From a virus: a stretch of DNA of 64,000 bases. The position numbers were made by a program, and so were the translations under genes. The DNA lies in IMG/VR virus record IMGVR_UViG_3300020193_000009, positions 16,669 to 80,668 of that record. One strand, 5' to 3'. Below, piece after piece: positions 28,686 through 38,200 of this stretch; position 1 is the first letter of the stretch; each line of letters begins with the position of its first letter. The notes under the pieces were generated by a model. It had not been told where the DNA came from. It was given only the letters and a program-made list of their open reading frames with translations, and made no database searches.

Positions 28686-28839
28686 TACGTTTTGCATCAT
28701 AGTCTGTAATTAAACTTGTTTTTCCAAACTCACCCTTTTTCTTTTTTGCTTCTTCTTCCATCCAGGATCTTAATCTAGACAGCGTTTCAATATCTATAAC
28801 TTCGCCTGAAACAATAACTTTGTTAATTTTCTTACGCAT
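28657..28839 (-). CDS. hypothetical protein
   Basis: Start ATG 28839 (TAATG overlap with the helicase stop). Confidence 0.6.
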   Translation of the reverse strand: MRKKINKVIVSGEVIDIETLSRLRSWMEEEAKKKKGEFGKTSLITDYDAKRNVYKFKIFV

Positions 28840-30053
28840 TAAATATCCCACTCCTCTGTCCATTTTCCTGTTTCTAAGTTCCACCTAAGATAGAAGCCGA
28901 AATGCGGAGCTCGCCTTACTTTCCTAGATACCACTTGAAATAAGTCTGACGATATTTCTCTATGTATCGCCAATACTAAGTCGGCATCATATGCCAACTG
29001 TTTACTCCAAGCGACTTCTTCCAACTCCGGTGGTCTTTCCGAGTGACCATCAGCCATTGTTACAGCAGCAACATCTACAATTGGAACATTGTTTTTTACC
29101 GCCATTCGTTTAAAGGATTTAGATAAGTTCTTTGCTTTTTCAGTCTCTGTTCTAGAACCTGATGCGTCATCAAATAAGCCATGATAATCTAAAATAACAA
29201 TGTCCGGATGATATTGATCTATCTTTGCTTGCACCATATTTTGGTCTGCAGTTTCAAGACCTTCTGACGTAACAAGATGAATTGCGTGTTTGCCAGTAAA
29301 TGTTGCTTCAGCCCATTTTTCGTATGTCTCAATAATCGCCGGATTGGCTTTTACCAAATCGCTATTGGTAAAATGCCCTTCGCCATTATTTAAAAGAGTA
29401 TCTAACCTTTGCCCCTCTTGTTGTTTATTCATTTCAAGAGAAATAATTAAAGGTCTATATCCAGCTTTCCATGCGTTCACTGCAAACAATCTTGCAATAA
29501 ATGATTTACCAACGCCTGTCCAGCCTAAAAGAACAACAAAGTCTCCAGGTTGCCAACCACCAAACACTTTGTCAATAACATTGATGCCTGAAGGTATTCC
29601 TTGAATTTCTTTTTTATTCTTAGATCTTTCCTTTAAATCCTCTGACCTATCTTTCCACTCACCAACCAAGTCAGTATCTTTTAAATTACTTGAAAACTTG
29701 TAGAGCTTAGATGTCTCCTCCATTAAATAAGACAGCGCTTGCCTTGCGCCGGTGTCACTAATAAGGCTGTGAGCTTTAGAGACGATGCTTCTTGTTTGAT
29801 ATGCTAAAGATTCTTTTTTTGCCTCATCAATATAATATTCAATTGGCTCAGGTGTTGATATAAACTCAAAATCTGGATGGTGTTGCTTAATTGTTTCTTT
29901 AGATGGTACACGCTTGTGATTTTCATAATGATTGACAATAAAATTCCAGATATCACGGTACTCTAAGAAAACATTTTCAACTCCACCATTTACGGAAGAA
30001 ATATAATCTTTGGACTCAATAATTGCATTAAGCAATCTAACTTCGTAATTCAT
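28839..30053 (-). CDS. dnaB: DnaB-like replicative helicase
   Basis: GWTGVGKS, SLEM, ILDY, YDADLV motifs. Confidence 0.92.
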   Translation of the reverse strand: MNYEVRLLNAIIESKDYISSVNGGVENVFLEYRDIWNFIVNHYENHKRVPSKETIKQHHPDFEFISTPEPIEYYIDEAKKESLAYQTRSIVSKAHSLISDTGARQALSYLMEETSKLYKFSSNLKDTDLVGEWKDRSEDLKERSKNKKEIQGIPSGINVIDKVFGGWQPGDFVVLLGWTGVGKSFIARLFAVNAWKAGYRPLIISLEMNKQQEGQRLDTLLNNGEGHFTNSDLVKANPAIIETYEKWAEATFTGKHAIHLVTSEGLETADQNMVQAKIDQYHPDIVILDYHGLFDDASGSRTETEKAKNLSKSFKRMAVKNNVPIVDVAAVTMADGHSERPPELEEVAWSKQLAYDADLVLAIHREISSDLFQVVSRKVRRAPHFGFYLRWNLETGKWTEEWDI

Positions 30054-30356
30054 TTACGATTCCAGTCTTTTTTTAGTTTCCTGTACAATGTCCTTAAACC
30101 TATCCTGTGATTTCTTCTCAAATTCTACCCTTTCAACGAATGTTCTAGATTCTATCGCAAAATCAAATACTAAAAATGGACCCGGACGATTTTTTATAAA
30201 ATATTCAACGGCTGCCTCAAGATTATCTTTTTTATAAAAAGATGCCAATGCATCAGCAACTTGCTCCTGCCTTGGAGAATCGGGTATAAAAAGCTTATGA
30301 TACTTTTTGCAACAACTTTTGAAGTACTCTATCAGTTCGCTTCCAGTTAGTATCAT
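30054..30356 (-). CDS. hypothetical protein upstream of the helicase
   Basis: 100-aa ORF abutting dnaB. Confidence 0.65.
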   Translation of the reverse strand: MILTGSELIEYFKSCCKKYHKLFIPDSPRQEQVADALASFYKKDNLEAAVEYFIKNRPGPFLVFDFAIESRTFVERVEFEKKSQDRFKDIVQETKKRLES

Positions 30357-30585
30357 CTCCTTTACTCACCTCTTTCCAAGTCTCCTGCATTACATCAAAC
30401 TCTGACAAGCCGCCATTTACGCCGTAAAAAGAATCCGTTTGCCACATATTAAGAATACATTCTTTTCTTACAGTGCATGACTTGCAAACATTTTTTGCAT
30501 ACTGCACTTCTTCATATTTATAAGAAAACCAACGTTTACTATTTTTATCTATAAGGCAAAGCGCACGCTTTCTCCAAGAACTCAT
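30295..30585 (-). CDS. whiB: WhiB-family transcription factor (divergent)
   Basis: WRKRALC...AKNVCKSCTVRKEC...GVNGG. Confidence 0.8.
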   Translation of the reverse strand: MSSWRKRALCLIDKNSKRWFSYKYEEVQYAKNVCKSCTVRKECILNMWQTDSFYGVNGGLSEFDVMQETWKEVSKGDDTNWKRTDRVLQKLLQKVS

Positions 30586-30803
30586 GATTTTTCTGTATCC
30601 AGCTCCTGCAGTTTAGCTTCAATTTGAGAGTCAACTGCTTCCCATAATTTCTCCCAACCTTCTTCGTCTTCAATTCCTTTGCAAACAACTCTTGCACCAG
30701 CATCTAATCTGAGTGACTCGTAGTTACCAAGATTTTTGGTAATACCAACGGATGCCCAAATCTCAACCTGATCTTGTTGTAGCTGTTTATTTACTTGTGC
30801 CAT
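30582..30803 (-). CDS. hypothetical phage protein (NLGNYESLR motif)
   Basis: 73-aa ORF, AGGAG RBS. Confidence 0.7.
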   Translation of the reverse strand: MAQVNKQLQQDQVEIWASVGITKNLGNYESLRLDAGARVVCKGIEDEEGWEKLWEAVDSQIEAKLQELDTEKS

Positions 30804-30805
30804 AA

Positions 30806-31240
30806 CTATCTCCTTTTTAATTTTATTTTTTGTGACATTCTTATAACCTTAGCCTGAACTGGTTTACTGCTAGACGGTCTCCCCGGTGTTCTGCCATTAA
30901 AAAAAGCAACCATATCGTAGACATCTTGCTTTTCATAATATCGCCAATTTTTATACCCATCGCAAGTTTCGCTAAACTTTTTCCCGCTTGGTATTAGATT
31001 ACGTTTTTCATATTTTCTAATCGTATCTGGTCTTTTCTCTACTATCTTTGCAACCTCTCCTATTGTATATATTCTATGCAAAATAAGTTCTGCATTTTGA
31101 AATGGAAATATATTTTCTTGCTTTGTCAATAAATCAACCGCATAAACTTGATTCATATTCTTAACAATTTTTTTTATTTTAACAATTGTATTAGAATATT
31201 TGTAAAATTTATTTTTGATAATTTTGTCATGTAATGACAT
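30806..31240 (-). CDS. MerR-like HTH DNA-binding protein
   Basis: YTIGEVAKIV...DTIRKYEKRNLIP...WRYY. Confidence 0.8.
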   Translation of the reverse strand: MSLHDKIIKNKFYKYSNTIVKIKKIVKNMNQVYAVDLLTKQENIFPFQNAELILHRIYTIGEVAKIVEKRPDTIRKYEKRNLIPSGKKFSETCDGYKNWRYYEKQDVYDMVAFFNGRTPGRPSSSKPVQAKVIRMSQKIKLKRR

Positions 31241-31484
31241 ATCTTTCCTTAACTGGCTTAAATCCAAACTCTTTAAGAATTATATTTAACTCGCCTATTT
31301 CTATATCAACGCCCCTAGCGCACCCAATACATGTTAAATCAATATAATTTTTCTTTAATGCAAAGTATTGAACACCCAACAGCATTTTATTATGACACCT
31401 TACACATCTTAACTCTCTATTGCGATAATAACTTTTTAATTCCGGTATATCAATTCTTTTATTTTTAGATTTATCATTCATCAT
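31227..31484 (-). CDS. zinc-ribbon protein
   Basis: CVRC...CIGC. Confidence 0.65.
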   Translation of the reverse strand: MMNDKSKNKRIDIPELKSYYRNRELRCVRCHNKMLLGVQYFALKKNYIDLTCIGCARGVDIEIGELNIILKEFGFKPVKERYVIT

Positions 31485-32646
31485 CTAACCAGCAATTATA
31501 TTCTGCTGTTACCATTCCTTTCTCGGGATGTATAAATATTAATGATTGTGATGGTCTACCTGCAGCAGCTAAAGTTTCAGCAGCATATGTATTTACAGAT
31601 TCCGGACTGCCTGAAATTCTTAATTGAACAGTATTAAAAGTCATCTTCGTTGGGGCATGAAAATGACCAATATAAATATCATCAAAGTCTTCTTCTATTG
31701 CACCAACTTTCCAACCATACGCTTTCTTTTGAAAGGTATAAAAAGACGAAAAACTTTTAAACTGATCGCCGTGACAAAGTAATGCTCTATATTTACCAAC
31801 TTTATCAATTGCATACCAATGTCGATCACCACGTCCATCTGGAATAATGAATTTGATTCGGGGCTCTTTCTCAAACATTAACTGAGTAATACGGTACAGC
31901 ATTCTGTCTCCGTTTGTTTCTGGGTCGTGGTCTTTGCTTGCCCTACCACCGATTCTACCGTGATTACCAATAACACCAACAAATGTAACCTTTTCAAAAT
32001 TTTCAAGCATTATATTAATAAAATTTTTCATTATTCTTGGACCATCTACAGTAATTTGTCTATACAAACCACCATCTACTAAGAATGATTGACCAGGAAA
32101 TATAAGCTCACCTTCTATTAAATCACCAAGAGCCCATATTCTTATTTCTTTTACTGGATGATCTTTTCTTTGTATATTTGTAAGATTAATAACTTTTTCT
32201 GCATACTTATAAATTCTTTGTTCACATATAGAAGAATTATAGTCTGGTGTTATCTTTGACAACTGCCAATCGGATAAAATAGCAGCAGCAACTTCTTCAT
32301 TGCCGCGTCTTTTATCAATTTTTGGCTTTGGTGCTGGCTTATATTTTGCTGAAATAATTTCATCCCTTACAGCTTCATATACTGCCGAAGCAAGGTCATC
32401 ACTCTTTGTCTTTAATTTATTATACTCTTGCAACAATCTAGTATATGCAACTTTTATTTCCGCTTCCGACTCAGGCTTCTTACCTGAAACTGGATCTGTT
32501 GGCACTTCAAATAACCCCTTTTCTCTACGAAATTTACAAAGACCATTAATATCGACCGACCTGCGACATTCTTTATCCGCATATTTTTGATTTGCTGTTT
32601 TGGGTTCGAATTCTTGGTCGCAACCATCTGTGTCGCAAATTTTCAT
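31474..32646 (-). CDS. calcineurin-like metallophosphoesterase with N-terminal Zn finger and coiled coil
   Basis: SDWQ, LGD, GNHG, HGD, GHFH motifs. Confidence 0.85.
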   Translation of the reverse strand: MKICDTDGCDQEFEPKTANQKYADKECRRSVDINGLCKFRREKGLFEVPTDPVSGKKPESEAEIKVAYTRLLQEYNKLKTKSDDLASAVYEAVRDEIISAKYKPAPKPKIDKRRGNEEVAAAILSDWQLSKITPDYNSSICEQRIYKYAEKVINLTNIQRKDHPVKEIRIWALGDLIEGELIFPGQSFLVDGGLYRQITVDGPRIMKNFINIMLENFEKVTFVGVIGNHGRIGGRASKDHDPETNGDRMLYRITQLMFEKEPRIKFIIPDGRGDRHWYAIDKVGKYRALLCHGDQFKSFSSFYTFQKKAYGWKVGAIEEDFDDIYIGHFHAPTKMTFNTVQLRISGSPESVNTYAAETLAAAGRPSQSLIFIHPEKGMVTAEYNCWLDDE

Positions 32647-32653
32647 AAGGTCA

Positions 32654-32659
32654 ATTATA
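32654..32659 (-). promoter_or_regulatory. -10 element (TATAAT), leaderless-type promoter
   Basis: TATAAT 7 nt before ATG 32646; no SD. Confidence 0.5.
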
Positions 32660-33104
32660 CACCATCGCTGTAAAATTTTTGATCGCCCGAAACATTCTTT
32701 AAATTTATTTTAGACTTTTCTCTTAATTCATCATTCTTCCGGCGCATCGTTTCTCGCATCTTAGCACGGTGCTTTTCAGATGGCTTTCTACCTTCTCTGT
32801 GTATCGCACTGTGTTCAGGAACTGTACATAAAAATAAATTTTCTACACGATTGTCTGTTTTTATTTCATTTATATGATGAACGGTTTCCCAAGGTTCAAG
32901 GTATCTATTTAGATATGCTTCAAAAACAAGCCGATGCTCATACACATATCCTTTAATATTATATTGATGTTCTGGATTTAAAATCCTAACATAGCCTTTA
33001 TCATCTATATATTTACCACCACCATAATTTGGATTATTTTCTCCATGAATTGTTTTAGCTGTCCATTCAATATCTTTTCTTTTAGAAGCTAAAGTTTCTT
33101 TCAT
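32655..33104 (-). CDS. HNH endonuclease
   Basis: YEHRLV...VHHINEIKTDNRVENL...EH..IH. Confidence 0.9.
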   Translation of the reverse strand: MKETLASKRKDIEWTAKTIHGENNPNYGGGKYIDDKGYVRILNPEHQYNIKGYVYEHRLVFEAYLNRYLEPWETVHHINEIKTDNRVENLFLCTVPEHSAIHREGRKPSEKHRAKMRETMRRKNDELREKSKINLKNVSGDQKFYSDGV

Positions 33105-33763
33105 TAAACAGCAGCGCCAGCATCTTCTATCATTAATTGTAATCTTTCAGTTTGACTAGAAATAACGGCAACTTGTGGAGCGTTTGTTAAGTTAGATGTA
33201 CCGCCAGTTCTTTCGACAGAAACTGAAAATGATTCCGCAGTTAACCCACCACCGCTTGGTAGCAAAACAGAATACGTTCCGGCTCCAACATAAGCAATAT
33301 CACCAGATTTTATAGTTGTAGCTATTGTGCTTGCATTTGCAGCTACATTGTAAAGTTCATAAGCAAACGGTGTAAAATTCCACACAGCTCTTGGGGATGT
33401 AGCCCCGTAGCCAGCCGATAGGGCATTCCATATCTTTAATGACAATTTTGCATCCTCCGCGCCTTTTCCGGTAATTTGAAAACCAGGAAACACACATGTT
33501 ATTTTATACAAACGATTTTGATCGACGGTTACTCTTTGATCAGAACCACCATTTGGATTTGTCAAGGCTAATATTTGAGTATTACTTGTTACATTTGCAA
33601 CTAAAGTTCCACTTGTATGCTCTATGTATTCTAAAACACCCTGTGGTTTTGAATCATTAGCATCTCTAATTTGTTCTATATTTAAAGACATCTGAGCTAG
33701 GCGGTCTGATGAAAGAGGTGTTCCATCGGTCCATGAGACAAAGACGTAATTTTCGTAAGCCAT
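33104..33763 (-). CDS. minor tail protein (putative)
   Basis: Beta-rich ORF following the tail fiber; N-terminal W.DGTPLS..RL..M motif typical of tail proteins. Confidence 0.55.
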   Translation of the reverse strand: MAYENYVFVSWTDGTPLSSDRLAQMSLNIEQIRDANDSKPQGVLEYIEHTSGTLVANVTSNTQILALTNPNGGSDQRVTVDQNRLYKITCVFPGFQITGKGAEDAKLSLKIWNALSAGYGATSPRAVWNFTPFAYELYNVAANASTIATTIKSGDIAYVGAGTYSVLLPSGGGLTAESFSVSVERTGGTSNLTNAPQVAVISSQTERLQLMIEDAGAAV

Positions 33764-35260
33764 TTAACTATTATACCCTAATTGCTGTTCCAGTGCTTTC
33801 AATCTGGCATTTAAATCTACAATAGCTGCCAGTAGATGCGGGATCATTTTTGCATAAATAACTTGATAATACCCTCCTGGGGTTTGAGGGGCTTCTACAA
33901 ATTCTGGGAAATTAACCTTTAATTCATCCGCCATAACACCAATACTATGTTTGCCTTGAAGCCAGGGACTGGAAATGTCTTTTTTATAATCAAATTCATA
34001 GATTTTTGTATTATAAATTTTTTGCAATACATCAGAAGTAATTGATTGAATATTTTCTTTTAATCTTCTATCTGAATCATAGCCATCTGGGTAAAAGAAT
34101 GGTCTAACATTTGGGTCATTGTTGACTATACATGTCAGCTCGCCGGCGGCGTTATCCCAACCAAACGCTATTCCAAATCTGTCTCCAGCAAGATTAGATG
34201 CGTTATAATAAACACCAGTCCCCCCAGCGATAATCGTATCGCCTGACTCAATCCCCCCGCCCGATTCAAGGGTTCCATCAGCATATATATCTGCATCAGA
34301 AATAATATCTACACCAGCATAAATAGTGTCATTAGCAACAATAACGTCTCCCTCAATAACTCCGTTTGTTTCTATTTTAGAATATGTAGCATAAGAATAA
34401 TTCCCACCACTTTGCAATCTCCAATTGTCATACAAATATTCTGCACCTATAAAAACTCCAGCCATTGGATCACTGAATGGTGCATCTATTCGAAGCCCTG
34501 CTCTAACTTCGCCAGTATTTTGCCAATTACTGTGCAGAGGGGCAAGTCCAGATCCGTATGGAAATAATTTGCCTATATCCAGTGTCCCAAGGAAATTTCC
34601 ACCGGTATGCATACTGTCTGGGGAATTAGCATGCCCAATGTCAAATCCAGCAATCTTCCCACCTGTAGCTTGCAAATTACCAGTTGTGACATCTCCTGTA
34701 ACAGACAGATCTGACCCATTAAATAACATAAATTCAGAACTGCTGCCGACTCTAAAGTGTCCATTTGAATACCAATAATTATTATTATTAATAACTAAAG
34801 CACCGGCTGTGAGTGTTCCTCGAATAGTAGTTGCATCAAATGCAGCATCTCCAGCATATGTTATAGCCCAGCCCAGTGTGCCTTTTGATGTTATAGTACC
34901 ATTTGCTGCAATTGTTCCATCAAAGTTACTACTTCGTATAACATTGTTAATTAAAACAATATTTGCAGATAGTTCACCGGCAGTAACGGCTCCAGCTGCA
35001 ATATGAACAGATTGAATTGAATTTGGCAACAGTCTGATTCCGGCAGGACCAAGAACGTCTGAGCTAACAATATCTGAAATAACAGCCTTAAGTGATTGAA
35101 AATTGGCTTCCTGCCTATTCCTTCTTGCGCTACTAATTGTGCCTGTAAATCCTATATTAAAATCATATATAGAATATTTATCAGTTTTAATTAAAGAAGA
35201 TGCATCGCCATCATGATCGTGACCACCTGGAAAAAATATTATAGAGTTTTCAGATGTCAT
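33764..35260 (-). CDS. tail fiber/spike with C-terminal intramolecular chaperone (peptidase S74)
   Basis: SDRRLKENI...GVMADEL...Y..MIPHLLAAIVDLNARL; Gly-rich beta repeats. Confidence 0.85.
   Translation of the reverse strand: MTSENSIIFFPGGHDHDGDASSLIKTDKYSIYDFNIGFTGTISSARRNRQEANFQSLKAVISDIVSSDVLGPAGIRLLPNSIQSVHIAAGAVTAGELSANIVLINNVIRSSNFDGTIAANGTITSKGTLGWAITYAGDAAFDATTIRGTLTAGALVINNNNYWYSNGHFRVGSSSEFMLFNGSDLSVTGDVTTGNLQATGGKIAGFDIGHANSPDSMHTGGNFLGTLDIGKLFPYGSGLAPLHSNWQNTGEVRAGLRIDAPFSDPMAGVFIGAEYLYDNWRLQSGGNYSYATYSKIETNGVIEGDVIVANDTIYAGVDIISDADIYADGTLESGGGIESGDTIIAGGTGVYYNASNLAGDRFGIAFGWDNAAGELTCIVNNDPNVRPFFYPDGYDSDRRLKENIQSITSDVLQKIYNTKIYEFDYKKDISSPWLQGKHSIGVMADELKVNFPEFVEAPQTPGGYYQVIYAKMIPHLLAAIVDLNARLKALEQQLGYNS
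33770..33775 (-). promoter_or_regulatory. -10 element (TATAAT), leaderless-type promoter
   Basis: TATAAT 6 nt before ATG 33763; no SD. Confidence 0.5.
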
Positions 35261-38200
35261 TACACAACCTTCCTTATAACTAATTTTTGATTTAGTGATT
35301 TATTATAATCAAGATCACTGCTAATTACCCAATAGTCACCATTTATTATATCAAAAGCATTAAAGCTAGATATTCTTATCCTATCTCCCAATTGAAGTTT
35401 TGCAACTGGTAATATTGAAATATTAATAATCGGTACAGGCTCACCCATTTTTGAAATTATAAAACTAGCTAATTTTCTAGCATATTCTAGATTTGTTATA
35501 TATTCATTTTCTATAACCAGCTCTTTCAAACCATATTTTCTAATGTTGTCATCAAGCACTTGTTTTTGCTCTTTAACATCTCCATTTGCATCAGTTATTG
35601 CAACAGGTATACCGGCTATACGAGATTGATGAGTTTCACCCGTTTCTGCATTTGTTCCTTCTAAATAAATAATATCACCAGAAAAAGTATTATTTGATGC
35701 AGCAATAATCATCATTGCACCATAAGGTGTTGGATTAAACCTAATCAATTCTAATTTTGGAGGTTTAACCTGTGTTATATTTGTTATTAGCGGAAGCTGG
35801 ACCATGAAGGCAGGAGACTTGTCAAATTTTAATTGATCGTATACTTTAACTTCTCGAACGAGAGCATTTTGATTATGACTAGCAGCAGCCGTATCATATT
35901 GAGCTCTATCAAGTATTAAAAATGAATTTGAAGTAGCATTTGAATATTTAATTATTTCATCATCAATTTTAACATAACCATTTTTTGGAAAGTACGGCTC
36001 ATTTGTTGATTTTACACTCATACTTACATCAGCGCTTGTCATTGCGCTAGTTAAGTTTGTAACCGCTACAGATGTAGTTTCTGGATGCCAAAGACCTTGT
36101 TTAGAAGATTCTGGTTTTGAAACACCAGCTACTTTAATTACAACTTTATTTGTTTGCAATTGAACATTAAAATCTGCTTCAATAATATTAGTTGAATCTG
36201 AAAATGTATACTGAACATTTGCATGTTGATCAATAGATGGTTCAAAAAATCTAAAATAGTGATCATATTTTGCATTATTTAACTCATCAAAATATAATCT
36301 ACCTAAATCAGCTATTGTTATATCATTTATAATAGATTCTATTGTAGTATCATTTCCATATATAAATGGTAAAATTTGTATTGGTTGCATTTGTGTTTGT
36401 ATATAGTTTTCCTTTACTTGTTGCGCATCGAATGAGTCATTAAAAATTGCAAATTCATCTATGTAAAAAGATCTAGTAGTTGCCGGGGCAACCTCTCCAG
36501 CGCCAGCATTAAAACTTGAACCACGACCACCGATTGTTATATCTTTATCTGTAAAATTCAAAAGACTTCCTGATGTTGTAACAGTATTTTTCAAATCCCC
36601 GTTTACATAATATTTTAAAGAATTATTACTAAAAGTAATACTAATTAAACTAGAATTAGTATTTGACAAAGCTGAATTAGAAGAAATAGTTTGTATTCCG
36701 TTAGAGGTTATAAATTTAAAACCATTTGATGAAGAATTAGAATAGAATTCAAATCCATTAGAAGGAGATGAATTATTAAAACAACTTAAATATTCACCAT
36801 CATTTGAGAAAGATCCATTATGAAATTTACCATATAATTCTATAGAAAATTTACCTGTATAATTATCTCCAGCAGAATTAAAAACATCAAAAGACTGGTG
36901 ATATGGGATTCTAATATAGCTATTAGAATTTAATAAAACACTTCTGTTGTCAGAATCAGAAACTACTCCAGAAAGTTCAGAAATTTTTGGTTCAGATAAA
37001 TACAGCCCATTATTTCTGGTTCCAGATCTCTCAACAATATTTACGTTTGGAATCCCATTTACAATGGGAAGCGTAGGTGTCCACGAATTAGACGAAAAAG
37101 TAAGATATGAGTTGCTATTTTTAGAACCTACATAATCGACCGCAGCAATTGTAAAGCATTCGTTACTGTATACCCAGTCAATACTTGCATTAAATTCTTT
37201 TTGTAGAAAAATTTGAAATGGCTCATTTGCAGGATTTTGTTCTGTAAAAAATTCAATTCTAATATCATAAACCTTACCGGCAGTTAGGTTGTATAAAGCA
37301 GAAGATACATATGCGGCACTATTGGTTCCTGTATCCAGGTTGTACCATCTATCAATAATTTTTACATTATTTAAATACAGCCTTGCACCACCATTGTTTA
37401 AACCTAAAATCAATCTTTGATTACCGGTATTTTTTGGAATATAGTAGCCATCAAATACACCATTAAAATAACTTGTTACTGTCTCATTTGTTTTTGAAAC
37501 AAATTGACCGGATATAAAATTTAAAGCTTTGCTCGCTCCAGCTTGAGTAGATATTTCTTTTGATGTTGTATGTAGAGATGGAGAAACAAATGTTCTTATC
37601 TCCAAAGCTCTTTCATATGATGATAAATATTTGTCATTAGCGTCTAGAACAATATCCCTTACCGAGTTAAGATCGGTATTTGGAACTTTAAACAATCTTG
37701 CTCTCAAAGAAGTAGCTACAGTTCTTTGATTATTAGCTCTATCAACACTATTTTCATCAAAACCAAAATGCAATACTGCATTATTTTTACAATAAAATTC
37801 TTTTGGTTTTTTTAAATATTTTATATCTTTTTTAGGAAAATTTGTCATCATTAACAATTGTTCAATAGCTTTCCCAACAGTACTTTCTTGAATTAAATAA
37901 CCTTTTGTGATCATTTTATCTTTAGAAAATTTTCCTCTATCTGTCAGATTAGCTTTTATAGACATACTGCTTGATGACCCCTGCCACTCATCAACATAAA
38001 AAACACCAACTGGAACATATTCAAATATGTCAAATACTACTGACGAATTAACTGTGTGATTTCTTGCTTTTGTATCCCCCACCCCTCTCTCTATAACATT
38101 AAAAGAATTCCCGCTTTCTTTTCTTGCAATGATTCTTTCTTGATTTGTGGTTCCGGGATTTATTGTTAAGAGGTAATCATCTCCAGCCCCACCGGTTGGG

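Noticed and set aside
14279-30053. Inteins or introns in TerL, DnaE, DnaB or RecA
   Set aside because: Protein lengths are normal or compact, motifs are contiguous, and no intein splice-junction or LAGLIDADG signatures were seen.
32655-33104. HNH gene as part of an intron or transposon
   Set aside because: It is free-standing and abuts intact neighbours, with no split host gene or terminal repeats.
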